Positions 22,755 through 32,900 of a DNA stretch of 64,000 nt are shown piece after piece. Each line of letters opens with the position of its first letter. Position 1 is the first letter of the stretch. A program made the translations under genes and the position numbers. The stretch lies in NCBI GenBank assembly GCA_964019425.1, contig OZ025792.1:372001-436000 (forward strand), written 5' to 3'. Under the pieces are notes generated by a model. It worked only from the letters and a program-made list of their open reading frames with translations. It was not told the DNA's origin and did no database searches. The DNA is from Flectonema sp. DT1601. Taxonomy: Eukaryota.

Positions 22755-23981
22755 CTATACACCTCGAACAGTTGGTGACACATGTTGTACCCACCAAGGT
22801 TCTTCAGTACCTCCTCTACCTGATTCAAACGTCTCGACACGTACTGGATATTTAAGGTACACTCGTCGTTGCATGTATTTAGAAAGACCGTGGATCCAAC
22901 GAATCCGTTTATCAGACTTGTTGCTTAAGTCGTATGTCATGAACCTCTCTCTCCAACCTTCAAATGATCCAGTTGGGGCTTTACCGTTGTAGTATCTGTT
23001 GTGTTTTGTTATGAGTGAAAGAATGTAAGAATGAAATAAAAAAAATAAAAAAAAATCATACTTATCACAGATGTGGCTGTACATTTCCTGTTCATAAGCA
23101 GATGGATCAGTTACTTTAAGGTTGTCAAGATGGATTTCTCGAGAACGTCTCGCGGCTTCCTCACCTCGGATTGGATTGGATGCATCCATTGGACGAGAAG
23201 TAGCGTAAGTATCGAATGGCTTCATGTCTTCCCATTTAACATCCTTGATAACATGGTACGTTGCTAATAATGTAACTGAACAAGATTTAAAGTCACTGTC
23301 AGTACTGTCTACTTCAGCCATTTTCCAAAGACCATCTCGAATATCCTTTATGTAGACTTGCATTCCAGGTTCCCATAACTTTCCAAGACGCCTGCTAACA
23401 GCAAAACGTGTTTCACCAGTTTCTTCACAACCATAAAGTGTGTCAGTATCTATATAACTGTCTGCGCCAACTACTTTGTATCTTGAAGCGTGATCAGCAT
23501 TTACAAAAGCCCCGAGATCAATCATACCTTGATGGTTGTCTTGTACGATGTCCCATAGTTTTTGATCTTGCATTATCCTCCAATATTTTGGAAAATCATT
23601 AAATTTCATATTTTGCAACTTATTCGATAACCTCGTCAATCTAGTCAAGTGACCCCTCTTGATTAAAATATCTTCTGATTTCACCAAATGATTTTCATAC
23701 ATCATCATTCTCCCAACAAGTCCACGTATTTCTATTAATGAAGAACTTCTGTCTCCCGGATGCAAACGGTATTTCCTAAAGTACGGTCTGTTCGCTAATT
23801 TTCTTGTCCAATCAGGGTGATCAACTTTTCTACCCAAAATCTTTTCACGAAAGATTGGAGGGAAAGATTCTAATGTCTCAACAGGGATACTGTACACATT
23901 ATCGACATCGTGGCTTGATGGATATTTTGTAAGCCAAATTGGAAATGAAAAGTGCCTCGCCTTCTCTATTGTCTTGGCCAT
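22755..23981 (-). CDS. Hypothetical protein with Tudor/SH3-like barrel; contains a 66-nt in-frame intron
   Basis: WEPGMQVYIKDIRDGLWKMAEVDSTDSDFKSCSVTL...VKWEDMKP resembles SMN-type Tudor. The YDFFLFFLFHSY...HNR segment in the ORF track is a translated intron. An upstream exon cannot be excluded. Confidence 0.7.
   Translation of the reverse strand: MAKTIEKARHFSFPIWLTKYPSSHDVDNVYSIPVETLESFPPIFREKILGRKVDHPDWTRKLANRPYFRKYRLHPGDRSSSLIEIRGLVGRMMMYENHLVKSEDILIKRGHLTRLTRLSNKLQNMKFNDFPKYWRIMQDQKLWDIVQDNHQGMIDLGAFVNADHASRYKVVGADSYIDTDTLYGCEETGETRFAVSRRLGKLWEPGMQVYIKDIRDGLWKMAEVDSTDSDFKSCSVTLLATYHVIKDVKWEDMKPFDTYATSRPMDASNPIRGEEAARRSREIHLDNLKVTDPSAYEQEMYSHICDKYDFFLFFLFHSYILSLITKHNRYYNGKAPTGSFEGWRERFMTYDLSNKSDKRIRWIHGLSKYMQRRVYLKYPVRVETFESGRGGTEEPWWVQHVSPTVRGV
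22996..23061 (-). other. Spliceosomal intron (66 nt, GTATGA...ACAACAG), stop-free and 3n
   Basis: T-rich then A/C-rich composition like the other introns; phase-2 join gives ...HICDKYYNGK... Confidence 0.75.
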
Positions 23982-24232
23982 CTTAGGAAGGACTGACCTG
24001 TAAAAGATGATTTGATTACAAGCATACTAAAAATTCATAATTTTTTCAATGCACTTCAATCATATTTTCAAAGCTCTCCATTTTTTTTTTTTTTTTTTGA
24101 ATTTTAAAAAAATAAAAGTTAAATTACATCTCACGCCAAAAAAAAAAAGAAAATTACAAAAAAAATAATGTTTTTTAAAAAAAAAATAGGAAAAATCCTA
24201 TTTTGTCAAGTTAGGTGGAGGTGACTTGTAAT

Positions 24233-25660
24233 CTATAGTTTCATAAAAAGTTTACTCAGCAGAGCTCCAATTGATACAACACCACCAACGATAGCCATAA
24301 CAGATGTTAGGAAGTCATACCAAGGCCTACCATGTTCCTGAGTCACACGAACTTGAACAGGCGCAATATCAAAAGAAAATTTTGCTGACGGAGGATCATG
24401 TCTTCCAACGGATGCAATGCGACTTTGAGCTGAATACTGGTGAGAGAATACAGGAGGAAGAGCTGTATTTACAGCATACAGACCTGACGCTACGATCTGA
24501 AATCTCGTTGACACAACTTTCATATAATGATGTGGGGCCTCATGAAACTTTTGAGTTGCGAATGTTTGTCCATCGAGGGTAGCAACATATTTAACCATAG
24601 AGTGAGGTACAGAATTCTTATTTCTTTGAGTTGCAAGCCATTCACCCTGATCTCCAAATGAAAGATGATGAACAACGTGAGAGATATTAGTCAAAGAAGG
24701 GTTGAGATGATATTCTCGACTAGGCACAGCTTCAAAATGAAGTGTTCCCGGAACTCTTGCAACAGAAAGAGCACCTTGAACACGACAACCCTCTGGGAAG
24801 TATTGATGAATCTTTGAGAACCTTCCATTTGATTTTTCACTTTCTATCTCCAGTTCCACCATTTTTAATAAAACATCCATAGAGACTGGACCTGGTGGAG
24901 GTGCTTTGTAGTCTTTTGTAGATGATAATCTTTTGTAAAGTCTAATCATTGGAAAGCGTCGAATGTCAAGTTCGGCACACTGCCTTTCAAAGTCTGCGCA
25001 GTTAATTCTAACAGCTCGAATGAGACTGCTGTCGTATTTATTATTGACAGCGTCCTCGAATGGATCCCATTGCGGACGCATTAGTTTACAGGCACCACAA
25101 GGACGGATATCAGGGTTGCGACGTGTTGCTCTAATGTAAAATAAGATTACTGTGAAATCATGTGATTCCAATAACTTATAAACATCATGACCTACGTTGT
25201 CAGAACTACTAATCCAATCGGTGTCAACTTCTAGTTGTTCTGATGTACTTAGTTTGACTTTATCAAGATCGTATTCCTCGTCTTGAGTGTAGGCTAGTCC
25301 ACGTCTTCCCTCGTGGTCAATGGATGTTTTTTTTATTGATTTGCCTATCTCTAATCGATCAGAACCAAACGAATCACGAATACCAATTTGAAGATGTTTA
25401 CATTCCAAATCAAAGAACTCTATATCAATATTAACAGTTAAGAACTCTCCTCCAGACTGATCCATTAAGATTTCAGTATGCTCAGTAGTTGATATCATGG
25501 TAATGAATTCGAAGTACATCAAACACAGAGCAACAACTGATCCTATAATGGTCACAATGCCTCCTCCAAGTGTAGGTTGGCTTAACTCAATCGGAACCGT
25601 TCTGAACGCATCGATGTCTTTAAGTTTAGGAGCTCTGTGAGTAGCCGATCTCCGAATCAT
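24233..25660 (-). CDS. ERGIC/Erv41-Erv46 family protein with inserted thioredoxin domain (PDI-C-like)
   Basis: DAFRTVP...PTLGGGIVT + TM; CGAC thioredoxin motif and INC...C....IRRFPMIRLY; EGCRVQG.L.VARVPGTLHF, NISHVVHHLSFG, HYMKVV, FDIAPVQV, AIVGGV + TM. Confidence 0.9.
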   Translation of the reverse strand: MIRRSATHRAPKLKDIDAFRTVPIELSQPTLGGGIVTIIGSVVALCLMYFEFITMISTTEHTEILMDQSGGEFLTVNIDIEFFDLECKHLQIGIRDSFGSDRLEIGKSIKKTSIDHEGRRGLAYTQDEEYDLDKVKLSTSEQLEVDTDWISSSDNVGHDVYKLLESHDFTVILFYIRATRRNPDIRPCGACKLMRPQWDPFEDAVNNKYDSSLIRAVRINCADFERQCAELDIRRFPMIRLYKRLSSTKDYKAPPPGPVSMDVLLKMVELEIESEKSNGRFSKIHQYFPEGCRVQGALSVARVPGTLHFEAVPSREYHLNPSLTNISHVVHHLSFGDQGEWLATQRNKNSVPHSMVKYVATLDGQTFATQKFHEAPHHYMKVVSTRFQIVASGLYAVNTALPPVFSHQYSAQSRIASVGRHDPPSAKFSFDIAPVQVRVTQEHGRPWYDFLTSVMAIVGGVVSIGALLSKLFMKL

Positions 25661-26399
25661 TTTTTTATAATTAACTCTCTCAAGGCTAACACTCCCCTCC
25701 TCTGATAAATGTAAAAAAAAAAAAAAAAATTTTTCATAAAACTCTACATTCAACTTAAAAAAAAAAAAAAAAAAGAACACAATTCCCTCTGAAAAGAGGG
25801 ACTTTTGCAATAAAAAACCTAAATAAATTAGAGAGAGAAAAAAAAAAAAAGGAAAGTGAATCATAAATATAACGACCACTTGAGAGGAGAGAAAAAACCG
25901 TTATCAAAAAAGAATTCGTTATTCGAATTTGATATTTTTCACAAATTGCGGAGAATAATAATATTGTGCTCCCCGACATAAATAACTGAATGTCCGGGTG
26001 TCCAGTAAGTTATTGAATATAAGTTATAAAAATAAAAATAAAATAAAAAAGACGATTTGTTGATGCGTTCGAGCAACCTCAAACTTTTTGTGTAAATAAA
26101 ACCTTATAGGAGACAGTTATTCTTGTGAGAAAAAAAAAAAAGATGACAAGATGCCTCCTCTCTAATAAGGTAGTAATGCATCATCCCAGAATGGCAGTGC
26201 AATCTGTTTTGTTATTTCTATTAAGCTTTTAAAATAGATCCCTAAAAAGAACGCTCCAAATCTCAATCACATACCACATCCGGTGTTTTGTAGTTAGAAA
26301 TTGGGCCGTTTGGTATTCCGAGAAATTCGTTTAAGTAGCTGAGTTCCTATTTTATTTTTGTGTTATTTCTTGTTGAATATCGTCATCGACCGTATCTAG

Positions 26400-28409
26400 T
26401 TAGGTACAAACCTTGTAGTGTGAAACGTCAGCTTCGTTCAAAGTAGGCATCTCGCTTTCTGCCGTTGCCACTGAAAAGATTCTACCACCAGATGGGTTCT
26501 GTGTGTTGGTCTCATTGTTTGGAATTGAATTTGATTCGGTGCGACTATCAGCGGCTTCTAGTTTCTTAACAAATTGCTGCCAGCTTTCGGATTTCGGTTT
26601 TCGCTTGCGGGCGAAGAGGTTGCTTGCTCGGAAGGGTGACTGAGGCAGCTCACTTCTACAAGATAATGGTCGCCTTACTGATAGTCCTCTTACTGCTGAC
26701 ATCCCAGAACCAGAGTTTTGAGATCCTGGAGGACGTGGTGGTATAGCAGCACCAGTAGTAACTCCAGAAGTTGAATTCGAATGTGAAACTACCGCGTTAT
26801 TCGCACTTAGCGGGGCAGGAGGCCATTCCCAATTACGTTCCACACAAGCCAACTCACACACTGCTCGAGACCACTCCGAAACCGCTGATAAAAACCACGA
26901 ATGCGACAAGACATGTGAAGGACTACTGTGATCCCACAATGCTGTCGTACACCTACACACTCTAACATAAGAAACAGATGAAATATTAAAGTCCTGAACT
27001 GTATTAAGAATACCAACCATATTACCTCTTAAAGCATCAATAACAACAGGCCAGTACTCAATTCGACCATCAATTGAAAGAGGTTGGATGTCGAGGAGTG
27101 CAGAGAAAGCTGCAGCTAGAGACTCATAAAGGATTCTAGTTGCTGGAGGTGGGACCTTCTGCTCAAGAAGCATAGAAATATCATCGAAGCTGACTGAGTC
27201 AAATGCGTGTCTGACTGTACTTCGAAGTCGAAGGACTTTAAACTTCATCATATCAGCGGTGGCTGCCTCTCGAACTGACTCGTTTAGAGAAGATTTGCGA
27301 GTTGCAAATTCATACATTCGCTCATTTCTTTTTGACTGTTGCTCAGCTTCAGATCGTAAGTGTCTACAGACCGAATAACAGCTGTCTTTTGTATCGTCGT
27401 CTCCTCGAAGTTGTCTTTTCAACATTCTAAGAATCTCACTAATAGAGACGTCTGTTGTTTCTCCATGTAATATAGTCATCACATTCCTGAAGTCGTTTAG
27501 GGAAATGTCTTCTGTTTTAGTCTGTTCTTCAACAACAGAGTGGAGACGATTTTGATCTCCATTTGCAGTAACAGTTAGTAGTCTTCTTATTAAGTCACTC
27601 TTGTCTATGTATCCACAGTCTTTGTAGTCCCATGTTCTGAATAGTTCCCAAAGCATTTTATTTCTTTGATTGCAATACGAAACGTTATAAATAAAGTCCA
27701 ACGTTATAGTGATGTGATCAATGAAGCCGATGTACTCTTCGTCGGGTATTGGTTCGCAGAGCTCTAGTAATACTACTCTGGCTTCATCACGGCTGATCCC
27801 TGAATGCGAAATCCTTGATGAAGACAGCTTAACATTATCAATTATAATCTCATAAGTTTGTGGTAAAAAAGTTCTAATCCCGGAATCGAACTGGGTAACT
27901 ACTTCTGGACTGACGGTATGCGTATCTCTAAGTGATGTGATATAGTTTTCAACATCTAATAAAATAGAAGGAGAGACGTTGGGAAGTGTGATGCTGAAAT
28001 GTCGAATTTTTTCACTTTTAGTTTTCTGATTACCTGACCTCTGTTGAATGCTGTACTCTTCGTCAGCAGCTATGTCATCTTCCACACATAACATATCTTC
28101 CCATTCTAATTCCGTCCCCAGAGGCCCAGTAAATTGCGAAGTTTCTTTTATTTTCTCTGATAAAAAACAACTCAGAATTTCTTTTTTCATCTCCATTGTA
28201 GTCTCCCTGTATTCAGTCTTTTTTATCAACTGTGACCTGCATGTTATCCCTCTATGAAGCATGCTCACCCAAAGCCTGCACATAGTTTTTGCATGATCTC
28301 CTTTGTAGGTTATTAACATTCTGCTGATCTCATCGATACTGATCTTTCCTCGTTTTTTGTCGACATCCCATGAGCAGAAACATTTGTTGATTAGGTTAGT
28401 CCGGTCCAT
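26400..28409 (-). CDS. EF-hand-like protein with C-terminal dynein microtubule-binding-domain-like module
   Basis: EF-like loops WDVDKKRGKISIDE and WDYKDCGYIDKSD; MTBD-like segment at ~26850-27210. Start uncertain: an acceptor at 28443-28444 allows upstream exons. Confidence 0.7.
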   Translation of the reverse strand: MDRTNLINKCFCSWDVDKKRGKISIDEISRMLITYKGDHAKTMCRLWVSMLHRGITCRSQLIKKTEYRETTMEMKKEILSCFLSEKIKETSQFTGPLGTELEWEDMLCVEDDIAADEEYSIQQRSGNQKTKSEKIRHFSITLPNVSPSILLDVENYITSLRDTHTVSPEVVTQFDSGIRTFLPQTYEIIIDNVKLSSSRISHSGISRDEARVVLLELCEPIPDEEYIGFIDHITITLDFIYNVSYCNQRNKMLWELFRTWDYKDCGYIDKSDLIRRLLTVTANGDQNRLHSVVEEQTKTEDISLNDFRNVMTILHGETTDVSISEILRMLKRQLRGDDDTKDSCYSVCRHLRSEAEQQSKRNERMYEFATRKSSLNESVREAATADMMKFKVLRLRSTVRHAFDSVSFDDISMLLEQKVPPPATRILYESLAAAFSALLDIQPLSIDGRIEYWPVVIDALRGNMVGILNTVQDFNISSVSYVRVCRCTTALWDHSSPSHVLSHSWFLSAVSEWSRAVCELACVERNWEWPPAPLSANNAVVSHSNSTSGVTTGAAIPPRPPGSQNSGSGMSAVRGLSVRRPLSCRSELPQSPFRASNLFARKRKPKSESWQQFVKKLEAADSRTESNSIPNNETNTQNPSGGRIFSVATAESEMPTLNEADVSHYKVCT

Positions 28410-29689
28410 CTGAGAGTATGAGGAATAAACGACATGAAGGGACTGTAAAGAAAAAAAAGGGTTTAAAATATTTGAATTACAAATAATAATTAAAACCACA
28501 AAAAAAATGATACCAAATTGCTCAAAGGATAGTTAGTCGAGCTTGACAATGGACCGAGACTCGAATAGTATCTGTTGATACCAAGAAATACATACAAAAG
28601 AGTGATGAGCCATGAGACACTACCATAAAGTATAACTAAAGGGTGTTACGGCTATGCATACCACACTCTTACCATCTGAAAACTGATAAAGGTACCTACC
28701 TATTTCAGTGGAAGCACGGACAACAAAAACAAAAAAAACAAAAAAAATTTCATGTTGCACGATTTCGATGATTCGAAAAATTGCATCACTGCGTTGTTTC
28801 TGTTGTTTTTTGTTGTCTCAAAAAAAGGTAAACAGAAATACCTTTTAATTTTCTTTTTTTTAATTCTTTGTCTTTGTCCCTACCTTAATGCTAAAGGTAA
28901 GAGACGACTGAAAAGACTCACTGTTTTCGATATGCAGATATCAAAAAGAAAAATGGCTTAGTGTAAAAGCACTCCTGCTTCATTCTTTTTTATTTCTCCA
29001 TAGTCCTAGGAATTATGACGACATGCCGTCAGTTTAACGTTTGAACGAAATAACACGTGTGGGAGTAGGGGAAAGGAGAAAACTGGGTTATTAAGAAAAA
29101 AAAAAAAAAAAAAAAGACACCCTACCTAAAGCGTTGTATCAGAAAAACAAAACAAAGCAAATATGACAAAAAAAAAAAAAAAAAAAAAATAGAACTTCAG
29201 CTCGCTGCTCTCCATGAAGCAGGTTGTGAGTTCCACGATCTGCTTTAAAAAGCTGTGGTAAAATTTGGAAACACCAAGTACAAGTAAAAAAAATTTGTAG
29301 TATGTAAAATCTTACAGCTCAGATCAAAGTACTCAATAAATTATAATAATCAAAACGGATAGAGAAAGGAGCTTTTTTTTTTTCTTCTTGCGAAATGAGA
29401 CCACGTAGTTTGATTTTAAGGAAATTAATATCAAACAAAAAAAATAAAAAAGATTTTTGGTCAGTCGAAGTGATTTCGAATTTCGGATTGAGGTCATCGA
29501 GTTTTCCCAAATCATTCTTCCAGGTTGTTATGTTCTGTGATTACCTCAAAAATCCTTTTTTTTTTTTTTTTTTAAAAATAAATAACGTTTTTTTTTTTTT
29601 TTTTTTATTATTGGAATTTTTATAGCATAGTAAGTAATTGAGATTATCTTGCCCGGTAGTCTTTTCAGAGAGATGACCACTTAAAAGCA

Positions 29690-29725
<36 letters not shown>

Positions 29726-29995
29726 GGATGTGAACTGCGAATACTAAATAATCAAAAAGATCACACCGTAGTACACAAACACATCTCCACCTCATTCCAT
29801 TAATAGGGTTGAGGTATTTTTTTTTTTTTGCCACGGCACGGAAGCAAGACAAGAGAGGGGAAAAAAATGACTGATAAAGCTTTTCCCTTCAAGAAAATAA
29901 CATGAGTGGAGAGAAAAGTTTACAATAGGTGAATAGATGCTTTATTTTTTAATTTATTGTTTTTTTCAAGAAACGTTAAAATGGAGGGCGGAAAT

Positions 29996-32900
29996 TTATG
30001 CGATGGCAGTATTACCAGTGTCCTCTTTTCCGAATGCATGCGGATCACATTGTTCAGTTGTTTCAGTGTCCCATGGTGTTCGGTGTCGTTGGAGGGATTC
30101 AACAGACTCGCTGTAGAATTCGTTGTCAGTTTTCTTTGATTTCATTGTGTAGGAAAGTCCTTGTTGAACCCAACCATTAATAACCGCCTCAAGACCAAGT
30201 TCAAAAACAGAAACGAGCTCCTCTGGTAGCGAAGACGGTGAAAGATAACTGCGAATGATGTTGAGTGTGTCACAAACTTCATCTTCTGGTAGGGAATCCC
30301 TGAACTTTGCATCCGTGATCTTAGTTATAAAGTGACTAAGCATATCACACGCTGTATCTGGAGTATCACAAAGCATCTTCTCAATAGCTGTCCTACCATC
30401 TACACTCATCCAACAATATTCATTATTGACAGCTAATCTAAGAGGTGTATGACCCCTTACACTAACACTGTTAAGAGCTGTTTGTAATTGACTAGAATCT
30501 GATGACTTTAATATTGTTAGTAAACATGTTGGATGACTAGTTGCTTCATGAAGAGCACTATTACCAATACGATCTTGTTTTGAGACATCAGAACCACTTG
30601 AGATAAAATATTTAGCCAACTGAGAATGTCCAGCGTTAGCAGCATACCAAAGAGGAGTTCTGCCACTCTCATTCGCACAGTCTATATCAGTGTGTTGTTC
30701 ACAAAGTGTTGGTAGAATATGTAGACCATCAGTGCTTTCTAAGTGTGGATTTCTTGCTGCTCGGTGAAGGACTGTTACACCTCTTTCATCTTTCGTTTGA
30801 AGTAGTTGGTGAGTAGTTGGGATTGATAGAACAGCTTTCACAGTATCACAATTACTGTGTCGAGTTGATCTTGATAGTAAAAAGTTTAACTCATCTTCAG
30901 AATATTCGAAATCACAAGGAGTAGCCTTTAGGATGACCGACACAACTACATCAGCACCAGCTCTTAACGCTGCTACAACTGGTAACTCTGTGTCACACCT
31001 CTCGGTTGTATCAGCTCCTCCCTTTGTAATGAGAGATGCTATCGCTGCTGAGCCACTTTCGGTATTTAATTTCTTGTTGCTGTTTTTTTTTTGTTTTTTT
31101 TTCCCAACATAATGTCATATGATTAAAAAAATAAAAAAAAAACGTACCTGGAAGCAATCAGTAGTACAGACTTCCCTGCATTATCTTTTATATTTGGATC
31201 GGCACCCAGCTCCGATAAACAGAGAAGTAATGTTGCGTATCCGAAACCTGCTGCGTGGTGAAGAGCAGTCTTACCATCCTTGTCTTTTATATCTAGTAGC
31301 CCTCCCATTCTAACGAATAATTCAGCAGCAGAGCTACCTCGAGGAGAGTTGAATAAAGCATTACTGTTTGTTATTAAATTTGATTAGAAAATACGTAACA
31401 AGAAAATAATACCAATTCAATAATAACATACGTAGACAATGCTATTAGTGGAGTACTACCGAATTGATTAGTGACACTACTAATTGGAGTTACTTCTCCT
31501 CCGTCTTCAAGCAGTTGAATGAATGATTCAGGAGTACCAGTGCGCGCAGATCTATGAAGAGGTGTATTGGACATGTGATCTTGTGCTAAGACAGAAGCAC
31601 CTGCCACCAGTAGTAACGTTATTATGTGTTGTGCAGAATCACTCAAATTCATTGCAGCATAGTGAAGTGGTGTCATTCCCTTACTGTCTGTGCAGTTGAT
31701 GTCTGTGGTGTATTTTATAATTATCGAAACAGCCTTTGAAGCCATCGCTACATCCCTATCACCCCAAGGTGTTGCTCCACACCAATCACTTGCAGCAGCT
31801 AAGTGTAAATAAGACCCACCGTATCTATCTGTGGGGAGAGGTATCGATCCAATCTGTTGTCGGGTTTCAACCCACATGCTGACGAGTTCTCGTGCGTGGG
31901 ATTGTCCTCGTTCAGCTATTTTTGATAAGTCACACTCCCATAGTGGGATGTCCCATAAACCTTGACCAACTATACTTGGTCGTACATCCCAAATATAATC
32001 AGGAATCTTTGTAGGAAACCAATGAGCGAGGGTTCTAAGTTTTATTGCTTCACTAATATCAAATGGGATACGTTCAATGTCGCTGTTCATTAAGTTGACT
32101 TCAACGATGTTGTTATTATTTCGAAGAGATTCTAAGATAGCATGAGCGCCTGAAGTTCCAATGTCATTGTGTTGAATCGCTAATCTGGTTATTGGAATCC
32201 TCTTATCAATTAAAGAAGATAAGAATAAAGCTCCTTCAGATCCAATCGCTAGGCAACCACGTCCTCGACGTTTTCTTAAAGAGACTCGAAGACGAGATCC
32301 ATCAGCTCCGTAGTCGAGACCAGTAATATCAATTGTGACTATTCCAGATGATGTGTTATGAGTAAGAGTTATGTCAGACATGAATGTTAAATATTGTTGT
32401 AAATCTTGTCCACCATCAGGTTCTAAGATATTACAAAGGTCTTCTTCACTATCAATTAAATCAGTTGTTCCAGAACTTAACCAAGACTCGACGATGTTAT
32501 CATCCTCGATATTTGTCCATTCATGAGATGGCGGTAATGGTGTTTCTGATTCATCATCAGCTTCAATCCAATACTGCCATCTATCTGGTGTCATACCTTC
32601 TCTTGGATGTTTTAAAGAAAGATCAACTCTTCCGTCAGTGTCTAAGGCTTGCAACACTTTAAAAGCAACTCTTTCAGCCCAAAGACCTCCCGTTGGCAGT
32701 CCCAATAGACAGGTTCTTACTACCATTTTACCTGCTTCTGCAGACGTTAACAGTTGCAAGTCAACTCTTTTATCAGTACTCTTTGTAACCCAAAGAGGAA
32801 TACCAGCTGGTAGTATATACTCAGGTTCCCTTGAGTATCTGGTGAGTCCTCTGGCATCTTTAACGCAATGACATCTGTCTGTGCTTTGAGAAAATGATAT

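Noticed and set aside
23440..23660. Faint Tpt1/KptA-like look in the 22755-23981 protein
   Set aside because: The catalytic RH, RxxQGH and HGT motifs are absent.
28443..28613. Possible tiny upstream exons and a 24-nt intron for the EF-hand/MTBD gene
   Set aside because: The phases from the candidate ATG do not join cleanly; this cannot be resolved without transcripts.
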